64,000 bases of DNA from Thiovulum sp. ES (GTDB taxonomy: Bacteria > Campylobacterota > Campylobacteria > Campylobacterales > Thiovulaceae). Shown piece by piece: positions 29,867 to 40,410 of the stretch. The DNA lies in the NCBI GenBank assembly GCA_000276965.1, contig AKKQ01000001.1, positions 11,129-75,128 on the forward strand. The letters run 5' to 3'. The stretch's first letter is position 1. The number at the start of each line of letters is the position of its first letter. Below the pieces are notes generated by a model, which saw only the letters and a list, made by a program, of their open reading frames with translations, searched no databases and was not told the DNA's origin. The translations under genes were made by a program, and so were the position numbers.

Positions 29867-30754
29867 ATGAAAATTGGTGTTATTGGTGCTGGGAAATGGG
29901 GGACAGCCCTCCATTTTGCATTTTCAAGAAATAGAGAAGTAAAGATTTTTTCAAGAACTCCGCGAGATTTTCCAGATTTTGTAACTTTAAATGAAATTTT
30001 AGAAATGGACTATCTGGTTTTTGCAATTTCAACTCAAAGTATTGCAGGTTGGCTAAAAGATAATTTTAAATTCAAAAATCAAAAAATACTAATTGCATCA
30101 AAAGGAGTTGATATTGAGAGCGGTCGTTTTCTTTCTCAAATTTTTTCCGACTATGTTCCTGAACAAAACATTGCTTTTCTTTCTGGTCCATCATTTTCAA
30201 GTGAGGTTTTAAACTCTCTACCAACTGCTCTTGTTATCAATTCAAGAAATTATGAACTCGCTGAAGAGTGGAAAAATCTCTTTCCTGATTTTATAAAAGC
30301 TTACACATCATCGGATATTATTGGTGCGGAGATTTCTGGAGCTTATAAAAATATTTTAGCAATTGCTTCTGGAGTTTGTGAGGGGCTGAAACTCGGAAAT
30401 AATGCAAAGGCAAGTTTGGTATCTCGGGGACTTGTTGAAATGGCTCGTTTTGGTGAAAGATTTGGCGGAAGAAAAGATACTTTTCTCGGTTTAAGTGGTT
30501 CTGGAGACCTTTTTTTAACAGCAAACAGCACAATGTCAAGAAATTACAGAGTTGGACTCGGATTGGCAGAAGGCAAAAATTTAAATGAGATTTTGAGAGA
30601 TATTGGAGAAACTGCGGAGGGTGTTAAAACGGTTGAAGCAATTCAGAAAATTAGAGAGAGAGAGGGCTTATACACCCCAATTGCTGATGAGGTCTATAAA
30701 CTTTTATATTCAGAAAACACTCCACTTGATGCACTCAAAAATCTTTTAAATTAA
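29867..30754 (+). CDS. gpsA: NAD(P)H-dependent glycerol-3-phosphate dehydrogenase
   Basis: IGAGKWGTAL, GPSFSSEV, YKNILAIASG. Confidence 0.9.
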   Translation: MKIGVIGAGKWGTALHFAFSRNREVKIFSRTPRDFPDFVTLNEILEMDYLVFAISTQSIAGWLKDNFKFKNQKILIASKGVDIESGRFLSQIFSDYVPEQNIAFLSGPSFSSEVLNSLPTALVINSRNYELAEEWKNLFPDFIKAYTSSDIIGAEISGAYKNILAIASGVCEGLKLGNNAKASLVSRGLVEMARFGERFGGRKDTFLGLSGSGDLFLTANSTMSRNYRVGLGLAEGKNLNEILRDIGETAEGVKTVEAIQKIREREGLYTPIADEVYKLLYSENTPLDALKNLLN

Positions 30755-30773
30755 GATTAGCGAATTACAAAGC

Positions 30774-30803
30774 TCCCCTTTTGGGGAAGAAATTCATAAA
30801 CTC
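30774..30803. repeat. Hairpin CCCCTTTTGGGG plus tail AAATTCATAAACT (copy 2 of 2)
   Basis: tccccttttggggaagaaattcataaactc. Differs from 1962-1990 by a 2-nt indel and the end bases. Marks the left edge of the R-M islet. Confidence 0.6.
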
Positions 30804-30816
30804 TTTATCTCTCAGT

Positions 30817-31656
30817 TTAAAAAATATTGTTTAAAATCTCTTTTTTCCAAACTGTGTGAAAAACAGTTTTTTCCGAATATTTTGATTTGTTTTGCACAAA
30901 ATCAGAAAATTTTTTTCCTTTTTCAGTCGCTTTCCAAAGATCATCTTCACGAAATTGAAAACCTAGTTTTTCCAAAAGTTTGTTTAGGTTTTGTGGTCGT
31001 GGTTTGTCTCCTTTTTTTGTTGAAACAAGTTTTTTTACATCTTTTGAAAAATCTCCATTCATCACAATTTGACAAAGTTCGGTAACTGTGAAATATTTTT
31101 CTGGAGTTGAAAGACCTTTTTTCTCGGCAATTTCTAAAAAATCGACACCAGTCTCTTTTTTTACTGCTCGATTTGTTGTAATTGCTAATTCCTCTTTTCT
31201 ATCAATTCCAAGTTTGTAAAAGACTCTTTCAAAAACATTAAATTCTTGCTCTGAAATTTCTAAAACTCTAGCTCTTTCTTCAAGTTTTTCTAAATCAGGT
31301 TTTTCGGTTTTTGCAATTGAATAAGAACCAGTTTTTAAAATTTCCTCAATAACTCCATCACACCAAACGGCAAATTCTGGATCAAGCCAACGAGCAAAAG
31401 CAATAATTAACTTTTTGTGTATCCAAGTTCCTTGTTCTTTGTAATTACCAGACTTTTTTACAATTACAAGTTTTTCGCTCGGGGAATTCCCCGAACGGAT
31501 AAAAGCCTCGATATATGCCTTTGTATCTTTTAATCTCAACCAATCAGACGGTTGTTTGTTAAAGTGTTTTGCAATTTCTGTTGCATTGATATAAAGTGAG
31601 TTTGAATTTTCAAAAACAACTTCAATATCATTAAACTTTCTTGATATAATTTGCAT
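30817..31656 (-). CDS. KilA-N domain protein (phage antirepressor-like)
   Basis: The N-terminus (FENSNSLYINATEIAKHFNKQPSDWLRLKDTKAYIEAF ... WIHKKLIIAFARWLDPEFAVW) matches the KilA-N pattern. Confidence 0.7.
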   Translation of the reverse strand: MQIISRKFNDIEVVFENSNSLYINATEIAKHFNKQPSDWLRLKDTKAYIEAFIRSGNSPSEKLVIVKKSGNYKEQGTWIHKKLIIAFARWLDPEFAVWCDGVIEEILKTGSYSIAKTEKPDLEKLEERARVLEISEQEFNVFERVFYKLGIDRKEELAITTNRAVKKETGVDFLEIAEKKGLSTPEKYFTVTELCQIVMNGDFSKDVKKLVSTKKGDKPRPQNLNKLLEKLGFQFREDDLWKATEKGKKFSDFVQNKSKYSEKTVFHTVWKKEILNNIF

Positions 31657-31763
31657 CTAATAGCCTTTTAAAAGGTATGTATTTTAAGAAATAAAAGATG
31701 AATATTTCATCATTACGGCACATAATACTCTTTTATTGCTTTAATGGAAATTAAAGGAAGATA

Positions 31764-31958
31764 TTGAAGAACTATGAAATTGCTGAAACTTTTGGTCTGC
31801 ATAGAACTACTTTAAGAAATTGGGCAAAATCAGAAAATGAAGGACGAGAATTTTTATTATATATTTTAAAGCATTTGCCAGAAGAATACGTGCAAAACAT
31901 GAAAAATAATTTTAAAAATGAAAAAAAACATCAAGAATTATTAGTTGAAAAACTGTAA
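31764..31958 (+). CDS. Small HTH protein (possible controller/regulator of the R-M unit)
   Basis: IAETFGLHRTTLRNWAK helix-turn-helix. TTG start 4 nt after AAGGAAG. The role is a guess. Confidence 0.4.
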   Translation: MKNYEIAETFGLHRTTLRNWAKSENEGREFLLYILKHLPEEYVQNMKNNFKNEKKHQELLVEKL

Positions 31959-32081
31959 TTTTTCTAACTAAATTACTCTCTTTATTTTCCAAAAAATTCC
32001 TTTTGCACTTTTTGAAATTTTATCTATTTCGTAACTAATTTTCGTGTTAAAATCTAATATATTTAAATCAAGGATTAAAAA

Positions 32082-33314
32082 ATAGAAAAATTAAGAGTTG
32101 TTTCACTTTTTGCTGGAGCAGGTGGAGTTGATTTAGGTTTTGAAAAAGCAGGGTTTGAAATTGTTTGGGCAAATGATTTTGATGAAAATGCTGTAAATAC
32201 TTTTAAGAAAAATATTGGAACTCAAATTGTTTTAGGAGACATTACAAAAATAGATTCTTCTGAAATTCCTGATGACATTGATATTGTTACGGGAGGTTTT
32301 CCTTGTCAGGGCTTTTCAGTTGCAAACACAAAAAGAAGTGTAGAAGACAAAAGAAACTTTCTATACAAAGAGATGTTGAGAATTATAAAAAATAAACAAC
32401 CAAAATTTTTTGTTGCTGAAAATGTAAAAGGGCTTCTTTCTCTCGGAAAAGGTTTAGTTATCAAAATGATAGAAGAAGATTTTAGAGAAATTGGCTATAA
32501 AATGGAATACCGACTTTTGAATTCAGCAGATTATGGAGTTCCACAACAAAGAGAAAGAGTAATTTTAATTGGAAATCGTTTAGGTCTCAAAAATCCATTC
32601 CCAAAACCGACAAATATGAAACAAGAAACAGATAATCTATTTTCAGCAGTTTCTCTTTTGCCACCTCATCGGACGGTAAAAAGTGTGATTGGATATTTAG
32701 AAAATATTGAAACAGTTGAAAGAAATTCAAACCAAATTATTGAAATTGAAAACAGGAAAATTTATAATCATATTGCCTATACAAATGTTGAAAATAAGTT
32801 TTGGACTCGGAAAGGTGAAACAACTCAAGCAGAAATTTGTGATTATTTAAAATTTTGGAGAGAAAAGAAAGGCATTTCAGTAAAGAAAATTGATGAAATT
32901 TTTGGATACAAACATACTGCTGGACACTGGTTTAGAAAAGATAATAAATCAGGCTCAATTCCTAAACCCTCTGACTGGTGGAAATTGAAAGAGATATTAG
33001 GTTTCGATGAGGTTCATGATGATTTTGTTACAAATCTTGTTGAAAAGGAGATAGTTTTTGAGCAATCTTTACGAATTACAAATTGGAATACTCCGAGTGA
33101 TACAATCACGGCTTCAACTCCAGAAATTCATATAAACAAAAAAAGACGGCTTTCTGTTCGTGAGTGTGCAATTATTCAAACTTTTTCAGATGATTTCATT
33201 TTCACAGGTTCGCTTTCAGCACAACATCGACAAGTTGGAAATGCTGTTCCTCCACTTCTTGCTTATCAAATTGCAAAAGAAATTAAAAAGGTTTTAGAAA
33301 ATGGAAATGATTGA
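32082..33314 (+). CDS. DNA (cytosine-5)-methyltransferase; no canonical start codon (candidate ATA at 32082)
   Basis: Motif I VVSLFAGAGGVDLGF and motif IV GGFPCQGFS lie upstream of the ORF-track start at 32373, in the same frame. That frame is open from 32079, right after TAA at 32076. ENV, QRERV and GNAVPP follow. No in-frame ATG, GTG or TTG exists before 32373. AAGGA lies 7 nt before ATA 32082. Confidence 0.8.
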   Translation: MEKLRVVSLFAGAGGVDLGFEKAGFEIVWANDFDENAVNTFKKNIGTQIVLGDITKIDSSEIPDDIDIVTGGFPCQGFSVANTKRSVEDKRNFLYKEMLRIIKNKQPKFFVAENVKGLLSLGKGLVIKMIEEDFREIGYKMEYRLLNSADYGVPQQRERVILIGNRLGLKNPFPKPTNMKQETDNLFSAVSLLPPHRTVKSVIGYLENIETVERNSNQIIEIENRKIYNHIAYTNVENKFWTRKGETTQAEICDYLKFWREKKGISVKKIDEIFGYKHTAGHWFRKDNKSGSIPKPSDWWKLKEILGFDEVHDDFVTNLVEKEIVFEQSLRITNWNTPSDTITASTPEIHINKKRRLSVRECAIIQTFSDDFIFTGSLSAQHRQVGNAVPPLLAYQIAKEIKKVLENGND

Positions 33315-34023
33315 AGTTGAAAAATTAGAAAAGAAATATTTGGATAAAGTATTTCACTTTTTAAAATATATTGAAGATGAACTTTTAGCAAGTTTTCAAA
33401 GTGGTAAGAAAATTGAAGATGATTGGAAAGAGTTTTGGGGAGCTAAAGAGGGTGGAATTTCATCTTTTTCAACAGGTTTTGAGAGAGTGATTTATAACTA
33501 CTTCAACTCAAAATCAATTAGTGGTGAAGTGAATTCTTCTCCAGTTGCTTCCGATCTTTTCTTTGAAACTAAAGATGCTTTTATTCATATTGATGTTAAA
33601 ACTGTGCAAACTAGGAATATTGGAGACATTTCAAATTCTATTTTTATTGGCTTAAATCAAAACAGCTATGAAGCAATTATGAAAACTAGAAATGGTGAAA
33701 GAAAATATACTCCTGCAATTCCAAAAATTTACAGTAATGGAAAAATATCACTCTCATATTTTTTAACTATTCTTTATGATGATAAAACCCTCGAAATCTT
33801 AAATATAAATTTTATTTCTATGCCAAATGGACTTTTAGAACCTCACTATAAATCTAGACCGTTAAAAGCTGGAAAACTAAAAACAGAAGCTCGTTTTAAT
33901 TTTAAAGAAGTATCAAGATTTGAGATTTTGACAAATCAGCCAAGCAGAATAAAAGTAGTTTATCTAGCTCCAAATATTTCGGAAGAACATAAAAAGAAAC
34001 TAAAATTGTTTTTTGAATTGTAA
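33301..34023 (+). CDS. Candidate type II restriction endonuclease (PD-(D/E)XK-like)
   Basis: Overlaps the methyltransferase end by 14 nt. SDLFFETKDAFIHIDVKTVQ fits a D...(D/E)xK catalytic pattern. No family recognised. Confidence 0.5.
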   Translation: MEMIEVEKLEKKYLDKVFHFLKYIEDELLASFQSGKKIEDDWKEFWGAKEGGISSFSTGFERVIYNYFNSKSISGEVNSSPVASDLFFETKDAFIHIDVKTVQTRNIGDISNSIFIGLNQNSYEAIMKTRNGERKYTPAIPKIYSNGKISLSYFLTILYDDKTLEILNINFISMPNGLLEPHYKSRPLKAGKLKTEARFNFKEVSRFEILTNQPSRIKVVYLAPNISEEHKKKLKLFFEL

Positions 34024-34052
34024 AGTTTCCCAAAAAGGGGAAAGAAGAGATA

Positions 34053-34067
34053 CCGAAACAAGTTCGG
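34053..34067 (-). terminator. fusA terminator hairpin CCGAA-acaag-TTCGG
   Basis: Starts 12 nt downstream of the fusA stop on the minus strand. A second hairpin TTTCCC/GGGAAA at 34026-34043 follows the endonuclease stop. Confidence 0.45.
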
Positions 34068-34078
34068 CATGAATAAAA

Positions 34079-36169
34079 TTATCCGTTTCTCTTTTTCATA
34101 ATGTCGTCAGCAACATTTTTTGGAACTTCTTCATAATGATCAAATTCCATTGAGTATGTTGCTCTACCTTGAGTATTACTTCTAAGATCAGTTGAGTATC
34201 CGAACATTTCAGAAAGAGGTACAAAGGCATCAACAATTTTGTTTCCACCTCGGTCTCCCATATTATTTACTTGTCCTCGTCGTCTATTTAAGTCTCCGAT
34301 TACATCACCCATATACTCTTCAGGAACTTCAACTTCAACTTTCATTAAAGGTTCAAGAATTGCAGGATTTGCTTTTCTAGCTCCCTCTTTGAATCCCATA
34401 GAAGCAGCAAGTTTAAATGCCATTTCAGAAGAATCAACATCGTGGTAAGAACCGAAAGTAAGAGTGATTTCAACATCTTCAATTGTATATCCAGCAAGAA
34501 CACCATTTTGCATAGCTTCTTTGAAACCTTTTTCAACGGCAGGAATAAACTCTTTTGGAATTGCCCCACCTTTAATTTTGTTGTTGAAAGTGAATCCAGT
34601 TCCAGTATCACCAGGTTTCATTGTAAATACAACATGCCCATATTGACCTCGACCACCAGATTGTTTAGCATATTTGTATTCTTGCTCAACTTCTGATTTG
34701 ATTGTTTCTCGGTATGCAACTTGTGGCTCACCAATATTTGCTTCAACTTTGAACTCTCTTAACATTCTATCTACAAGAATTTCAAGGTGTAGTTCTCCCA
34801 TTCCTGAAATAATAGTTTGTCCAGATTCTTCATCAGATGTAACACGGAAAGATGGATCTTCTTGTGCAAGTTTTTGAAGTGCGATACCCATTTTCTCTTG
34901 GTCAGCTTTTGTTTTTGGTTCAACAGCAACAGAGATAACTGGATCAGGGAATTCCATTCTTTCAAGAATAACTTTATCTTTATCAGAACTTAAAGTATCT
35001 CCAGTTGTAGTATCTTTCAATCCAACAACAGCACCAATTTCACCTGCATGAAGTTCTTTAATCTCTTCTCGCTTGTTTGAGTGCATTTTGAGAATTCGAC
35101 CAACTCTCTCTTTTTTGCCTTTTGTTGTGTTTATCGCATAAGAACCTGCATCAAGTTTCCCTCGATAGACTCGAATAAATGTAAGAGTTCCAACAAATGG
35201 ATCAGTCATGATTTTGAAAGCAAGAGCTGCAAATTCACCTTCATCACTAGATTTTACAACTACTTCTTGTGTTTCATCGTCAGCTTTTGTTCCTTGAATA
35301 TCTGCAACTTCAGTTGGAGATGGAAGATAAGCAATAACGGCATCAAGAAGAGTTTGAACACCTTTGTTTTTGAAAGCAGTTCCACAAGTCATAGGAATTG
35401 CTTGCATTTGAAGAGTAGCTCTTTTGATTCCAGCAACGATCTCATCTTCAGAAATATCTTCACCTTCAAGAAATTTTTCCATAATATCTTCGTTTCCGTC
35501 AGCTTCAGAGATACCTTCAATCATCTTTTCTCGATACTCTTCAGCTTTCTCTTGAAGATTTTCAGGAATAGCAACTGTGCTATAGTCTGAACCCATTTTT
35601 GCATCAGTATCCCAAACGATGGCTTTCATTGTTACTAAATCAATTACACCTTCAAATAGATCTTCTGCACCAATTGGAATTTGAATTGGAACAGGATTTG
35701 CTTTTAATTTTTCTCGAATTTGATCTTCAACATTAAAGAAATCCGCACCAGTTCTATCCATTTTATTAACAAAAACCATTCTAGGAACACCATATTTGTT
35801 AGCTTGTCTCCAAACAGTTTCAGATTGAGGCTGAACTCCACCAACAGCACAGAAAACAGCTACTGCACCGTCAAGAACTCTCATTGATCTCTCTACTTCA
35901 ATTGTAAAATCAACGTGTCCTGGAGTGTCGATAATGTTGATCTGTTTCTCATTCCAGTAACAAGTTGTCGCAGCGGAAGTAATTGTGATACCTCGCTCTT
36001 GCTCTTGCTCCATCCAGTCCATTGTTGCAGCACCGTCATGAACCTCACCAATTTTATGAGATACACCTGTGTAAAAAAGAATTCGTTCTGTTGTTGTAGT
36101 TTTTCCAGCATCAATATGAGCAGCGATACCGATATTTCTAACTTCGCTTAAAGGGGTTTTTCTTGCCAT
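34079..36169 (-). CDS. fusA: Elongation factor G
   Basis: [20 protein letters not shown]; full length. Confidence 0.97.
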   Translation of the reverse strand: MARKTPLSEVRNIGIAAHIDAGKTTTTERILFYTGVSHKIGEVHDGAATMDWMEQEQERGITITSAATTCYWNEKQINIIDTPGHVDFTIEVERSMRVLDGAVAVFCAVGGVQPQSETVWRQANKYGVPRMVFVNKMDRTGADFFNVEDQIREKLKANPVPIQIPIGAEDLFEGVIDLVTMKAIVWDTDAKMGSDYSTVAIPENLQEKAEEYREKMIEGISEADGNEDIMEKFLEGEDISEDEIVAGIKRATLQMQAIPMTCGTAFKNKGVQTLLDAVIAYLPSPTEVADIQGTKADDETQEVVVKSSDEGEFAALAFKIMTDPFVGTLTFIRVYRGKLDAGSYAINTTKGKKERVGRILKMHSNKREEIKELHAGEIGAVVGLKDTTTGDTLSSDKDKVILERMEFPDPVISVAVEPKTKADQEKMGIALQKLAQEDPSFRVTSDEESGQTIISGMGELHLEILVDRMLREFKVEANIGEPQVAYRETIKSEVEQEYKYAKQSGGRGQYGHVVFTMKPGDTGTGFTFNNKIKGGAIPKEFIPAVEKGFKEAMQNGVLAGYTIEDVEITLTFGSYHDVDSSEMAFKLAASMGFKEGARKANPAILEPLMKVEVEVPEEYMGDVIGDLNRRRGQVNNMGDRGGNKIVDAFVPLSEMFGYSTDLRSNTQGRATYSMEFDHYEEVPKNVADDIMKKRNG

Positions 36170-36255
36170 TTAATTTTCCTAAAAATTTGTGTGTGGGGTG
36201 GGGAAGAACTCCCCGAAAATGTATGAAATTTTATTAAAAAAAAGTGTAGTTTCGA

Positions 36256-36744
<489 letters not shown>

Positions 36745-36808
36745 TCAATATTTCTATTTAGAAAAGTCTAAAATTTACTCAAGCTATTAACTTGCGGATT
36801 TTAGAAAT

Positions 36809-37183
36809 TTACTTTTTAGGTTTTTTTGTTCCGTATTTAGAACGAGCAACAGTTCTGTTTGCAACACCGGCAGTATCTAAAGCACCTCGAACGATGTGAT
36901 ACTTAACCCCAGGTAAATCTTTTACCCGTCCACCTCTAACTAAAACGATAGAGTGTTCTTGGAGATTGTGTCCCTCACCACCGATATACGAAATAACTTC
37001 GATACCTGTTGTTAATCTAACTTTTGCAACTTTTCTTAAAGCCGAGTTAGGTTTTTTAGGAGTTGTCGTATAAACTCTTGTGCATACACCTCTTCTTTGA
37101 GGAGAGTTTTTGAGAGCTGGTGATTTTGATTTCTTAATCACCTTTTTTCTCTCGTTTCTAACGAGCTGATTAATGGTTGGCAT
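36809..37183 (-). CDS. rpsL: 30S ribosomal protein S12
   Basis: MPTINQLVR...[10 protein letters not shown]. Confidence 0.97.
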   Translation of the reverse strand: MPTINQLVRNERKKVIKKSKSPALKNSPQRRGVCTRVYTTTPKKPNSALRKVAKVRLTTGIEVISYIGGEGHNLQEHSIVLVRGGRVKDLPGVKYHIVRGALDTAGVANRTVARSKYGTKKPKK

Positions 37184-37300
37184 TCTTTACCTCGAAAAAA
37201 TTTGTGAAGAGGCATTATAGCATATAATTAAAGATTTTTTTAATCAATATTATAAAATTTAAAACTAATTTTCTTGTTAAAATTTTGAGAAAGATAAAAA

Positions 37301-38566
37301 TTGAAAAAACCAGAACTTCTTTCTCCAGCAGGAAATTTAGAAAAATTAAAAATTGCAATTGATTACGGTGCTGATGCTGTTTATGGCGGGGTGAGTCATT
37401 TTTCACTCCGAATTCGTTCAGGAAAAGAGTTTGATTTAGATTCTTTTCAGCAGGGAATCCAATATGCACATGATCGAAATCGAAAAGTTTATGTAACGAT
37501 TAACGGATTTCCATTCAATTCACAAATCGATTTACTAAAAAATCACATTGCACAAATGCGGGATTTAAAGCCTGATGCATTTATTATTTCCACTCCAGGA
37601 GTTTTAAAAATAGCAAAAGAGATCGCTCCAAATATGCCCCTTCACCTCTCAACTCAAGCAAATGTTTTAAATTATCTCGATGCACAATTTTATTACGATT
37701 TGGGAGTTGAACGAATTATCGCAGCAAGAGAAATATCTTTACGAGATTTGGAGGGAATTAAAAAAGAAGTTCCGCAATTGGAATTGGAGATTTTTATTCA
37801 CGGTTCGATGTGTTTTGCTTACAGCGGTCGATGTCTGATTAGTTCTTTGCAAAGTGGTCGAGTTCCAAATCGAGGTAGTTGTGCGAATGATTGTCGTTTT
37901 CCATATACACTTTATGCGGAAAATGAAGAGACGGGAACTCTTTTTAAATTGGAAGAACAACCAGAAGTTGGAACTTACATTATGAATTCCAAAGATTTAA
38001 ATCTTTCGAGACATATCGAGGAGATTATGAAATATGACCTCATCGACTCATTGAAAATTGAAGGTCGAACAAAAAGTTCCTACTATTCTGCAATCACAAC
38101 AAATACTTATCGAAATGCAATTGATGACACAATGAACGGAAAATTTGAGTCTGAAAAATATTGGGATGAACTCCAAACGACTCAAAATCGTGGTTTCACT
38201 GATGCCTATTTAATTCACAAGCCATTCCAAAAAAATGATACGGAAAGCAAAAACGATTTTATGATGATGGGAACTCACCAAGTTTCTGGCATTATTTTAA
38301 AAGCTGGTTTTTTCCAATGCCGATACACAACAAAGCCAAATCAGGAAATTGAAATTCTTCTACCAAAAGATCAAAAAATCGATGAGGTCGAAAATGAAAT
38401 CGGTAAAATTTGGTTCGACTCCGAAAAAAATATGTTCAAAATGATACTTTTCAAAATTCTTACTGAAGAAAAAGTGGAACTTGAAAGTGTTCATAGCGGA
38501 AACCCAAACCCAATTCATCTCCCAACTAATTTACCAATTTACTCATTTTTAAGAGTCAAGCTGTGA
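37301..38566 (+). CDS. Peptidase U32 family protein
   Basis: U32 signature EIFIHGSMCFAYSGRCLIS. TTG start. Confidence 0.85.
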   Translation: MKKPELLSPAGNLEKLKIAIDYGADAVYGGVSHFSLRIRSGKEFDLDSFQQGIQYAHDRNRKVYVTINGFPFNSQIDLLKNHIAQMRDLKPDAFIISTPGVLKIAKEIAPNMPLHLSTQANVLNYLDAQFYYDLGVERIIAAREISLRDLEGIKKEVPQLELEIFIHGSMCFAYSGRCLISSLQSGRVPNRGSCANDCRFPYTLYAENEETGTLFKLEEQPEVGTYIMNSKDLNLSRHIEEIMKYDLIDSLKIEGRTKSSYYSAITTNTYRNAIDDTMNGKFESEKYWDELQTTQNRGFTDAYLIHKPFQKNDTESKNDFMMMGTHQVSGIILKAGFFQCRYTTKPNQEIEILLPKDQKIDEVENEIGKIWFDSEKNMFKMILFKILTEEKVELESVHSGNPNPIHLPTNLPIYSFLRVKL

Positions 38567-40125
38567 TTTCTGCTCGAGAAATTGAAAAAAAACTACAAAA
38601 AAGATTTGACGGCGGATTTAAATCTCTTTCAGATATTCCGCACCCAAGTCTTTTAAAAGATTCTGATATTGCTTCGGAAAGAATTGCCAAAGCGATTTTT
38701 GGAAAAGAGAAAATAGTAGTTATTGGAGATTACGATGTTGATGGAGTTGTATCTTCTGCAATTGCACATCTCTTTTTTCGGGAAATAAATTTTCCCGTGG
38801 AAATTGTGATTCCAAATCGATTTTCTGACGGTTACGGAGTTTCACCTGAACTTTTGGAAAAAGTAGATGCTGATTTGGTAATTACAGTTGATAATGGAAT
38901 TCATGCTTTTCGTTCTGCCCAAATTTTGAAAGAGCGAGGGACAGATTTTATAATTACAGATCATCACAATCCATCAGATAAATTGCCTGATGCTCTTGCA
39001 ATTGTAAATCCAAAAAGAGAAGATTGCCCCTATCCGTATAAAGAGATTTGCGGAGCTGAAGTGATTTGGCTTTTGCTCGGTGAAGTGAAACGGGTTTTAG
39101 GTGTAAATGTGGATATGGGAAAATTTTTGCACCTCATCGCGATTGCAACAGTTGCTGATGTCATGCCAATTACAAATTTGAATCACTCAATTGTCAAAAA
39201 TGGATTAAAAATTCTTTCAAAAAGTAATGAGCCATTTGTTCAAGTTTTTCGGAAATTTGCAAAAAATGGAGTTTTCACTTCTGAAGATATTGCATTTCAG
39301 ATTTCACCAAGATTAAATGCAAGTGGTCGAATGCTTGATGCGACTCTCTCTTTCCAATTTCTAATTTCTGAAAATCTAGCCGAAGCAAATGAACTTTTTT
39401 TTCAAATTGATGAATTAAATAGTCGGCGAAAAGAGATTGAAAAAGAGATGTTCGATGAGGTCTCGAAAAATATTGATTTGTCAAATGAGATTTTGATGTA
39501 TTCCAGTAAAAATATGCACGAGGGAATCGTTGGAATTGTTGCGAGTCGAATTGTGGAAACTTTTCAAAAACCAACTATTCTGTTTTCAGAAAGAGACGGA
39601 ATTATCAAAGGGAGTGCAAGAAGTTTAGGAAATATTGATATTTTTGAGATTTTGAAAGACTCAAACCACCTATTTTTAAAATGGGGTGGTCATAAAATGG
39701 TTGGCGGACTCTCTTTGGAATTGGATAATTTACAAACTTTTCAACAACGGGCAAATAGTTTGATGCAAAAATATGCTGACACTGATTTTGAAAATAGTGA
39801 TGAGACTTTTGGCAAAATTGATTTGAAAAATTTGAATCTGAATTTGTTGCAAACGATAGATAAATTTCAGCCGTTTGGAGAACAGAACCGAAAACCAAAT
39901 TTTGAATTACACAATGTTTTTATAAAAGACAAAATCTCCATTGGAAAAGAGAAGGATTATCAAAAACTCACTCTACAAAATGGCGATGAGGTCATAAAGA
40001 TTCTAGTTTTTAGAAAAAGTCGTAATTTTGAAATCGGTGAAAATATCTCAATTATTTTTGAACCAACAATTAATGAATTTAGAGGAAAAACATCAATTGA
40101 AGGTTTTTTTGTAAAAGAGATTTAA
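38563..40125 (+). CDS. recJ: Single-stranded-DNA-specific exonuclease RecJ
   Basis: DHH motifs GDYDVDGV, TVDNG, ITDHH. GTG start overlaps the U32 stop. Confidence 0.9.
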   Translation: MISAREIEKKLQKRFDGGFKSLSDIPHPSLLKDSDIASERIAKAIFGKEKIVVIGDYDVDGVVSSAIAHLFFREINFPVEIVIPNRFSDGYGVSPELLEKVDADLVITVDNGIHAFRSAQILKERGTDFIITDHHNPSDKLPDALAIVNPKREDCPYPYKEICGAEVIWLLLGEVKRVLGVNVDMGKFLHLIAIATVADVMPITNLNHSIVKNGLKILSKSNEPFVQVFRKFAKNGVFTSEDIAFQISPRLNASGRMLDATLSFQFLISENLAEANELFFQIDELNSRRKEIEKEMFDEVSKNIDLSNEILMYSSKNMHEGIVGIVASRIVETFQKPTILFSERDGIIKGSARSLGNIDIFEILKDSNHLFLKWGGHKMVGGLSLELDNLQTFQQRANSLMQKYADTDFENSDETFGKIDLKNLNLNLLQTIDKFQPFGEQNRKPNFELHNVFIKDKISIGKEKDYQKLTLQNGDEVIKILVFRKSRNFEIGENISIIFEPTINEFRGKTSIEGFFVKEI

Positions 40126-40180
40126 AAGGAAAAGTAATTTGGTGAAAAAAGAGAATTTTAGAAAAACTAGGTTTTAAATC

Positions 40181-40203
40181 TGGGACTGACCTAATAGCTC
40201 CTA
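40181..40203. repeat. 23-nt repeat TGGGACTGACCTAATAGCTCCTA (left copy of a perfect inverted pair)
   Basis: Its exact reverse complement occurs at 63061-63083. Weaker similarity continues ~17 nt inward (gtaaaagtttttgt versus gttaaaaagttctttttgt). Confidence 0.85.
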
Positions 40204-40410
40204 GTAAAAGTTTTTGTTATAGAAAAAATGTGATAATCTGAAATCTAACCATCTTTTGTATAGCTTATATTTCTTTATTGTATTCATGGGTAGAATTATA
40301 ACAAGTTAGTCAGTACCAATAACTCTTTCGTATTCAGTATTTCAAATAAGACTCTACAACTTCACTATTGTTTTCACTTTTAAGTTAAGATTCGGACAAA
40401 AAGGATTCTT

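Noticed and set aside
30817-34023. A prophage, suggested by the KilA-N antirepressor-like gene.
   Set aside because: No integrase, structural, lysis or replication genes are present. Only four genes sit between core genes, so this is an R-M islet rather than a prophage.
36190-36212. GGGG/CCCC hairpin (ggggaagaactcccc) in the rpsG-fusA spacer, considered as a regulatory attenuator.
   Set aside because: It is a short generic stem within a ribosomal operon spacer. It has no conserved partner or T-tract that I can support, so I leave it unannotated.
37215-37469. 84-aa minus-strand ORF in the rpsL-U32 spacer.
   Set aside because: It overlaps the well-supported start of the U32 peptidase gene and the rpsL promoter region. 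It has no motifs.
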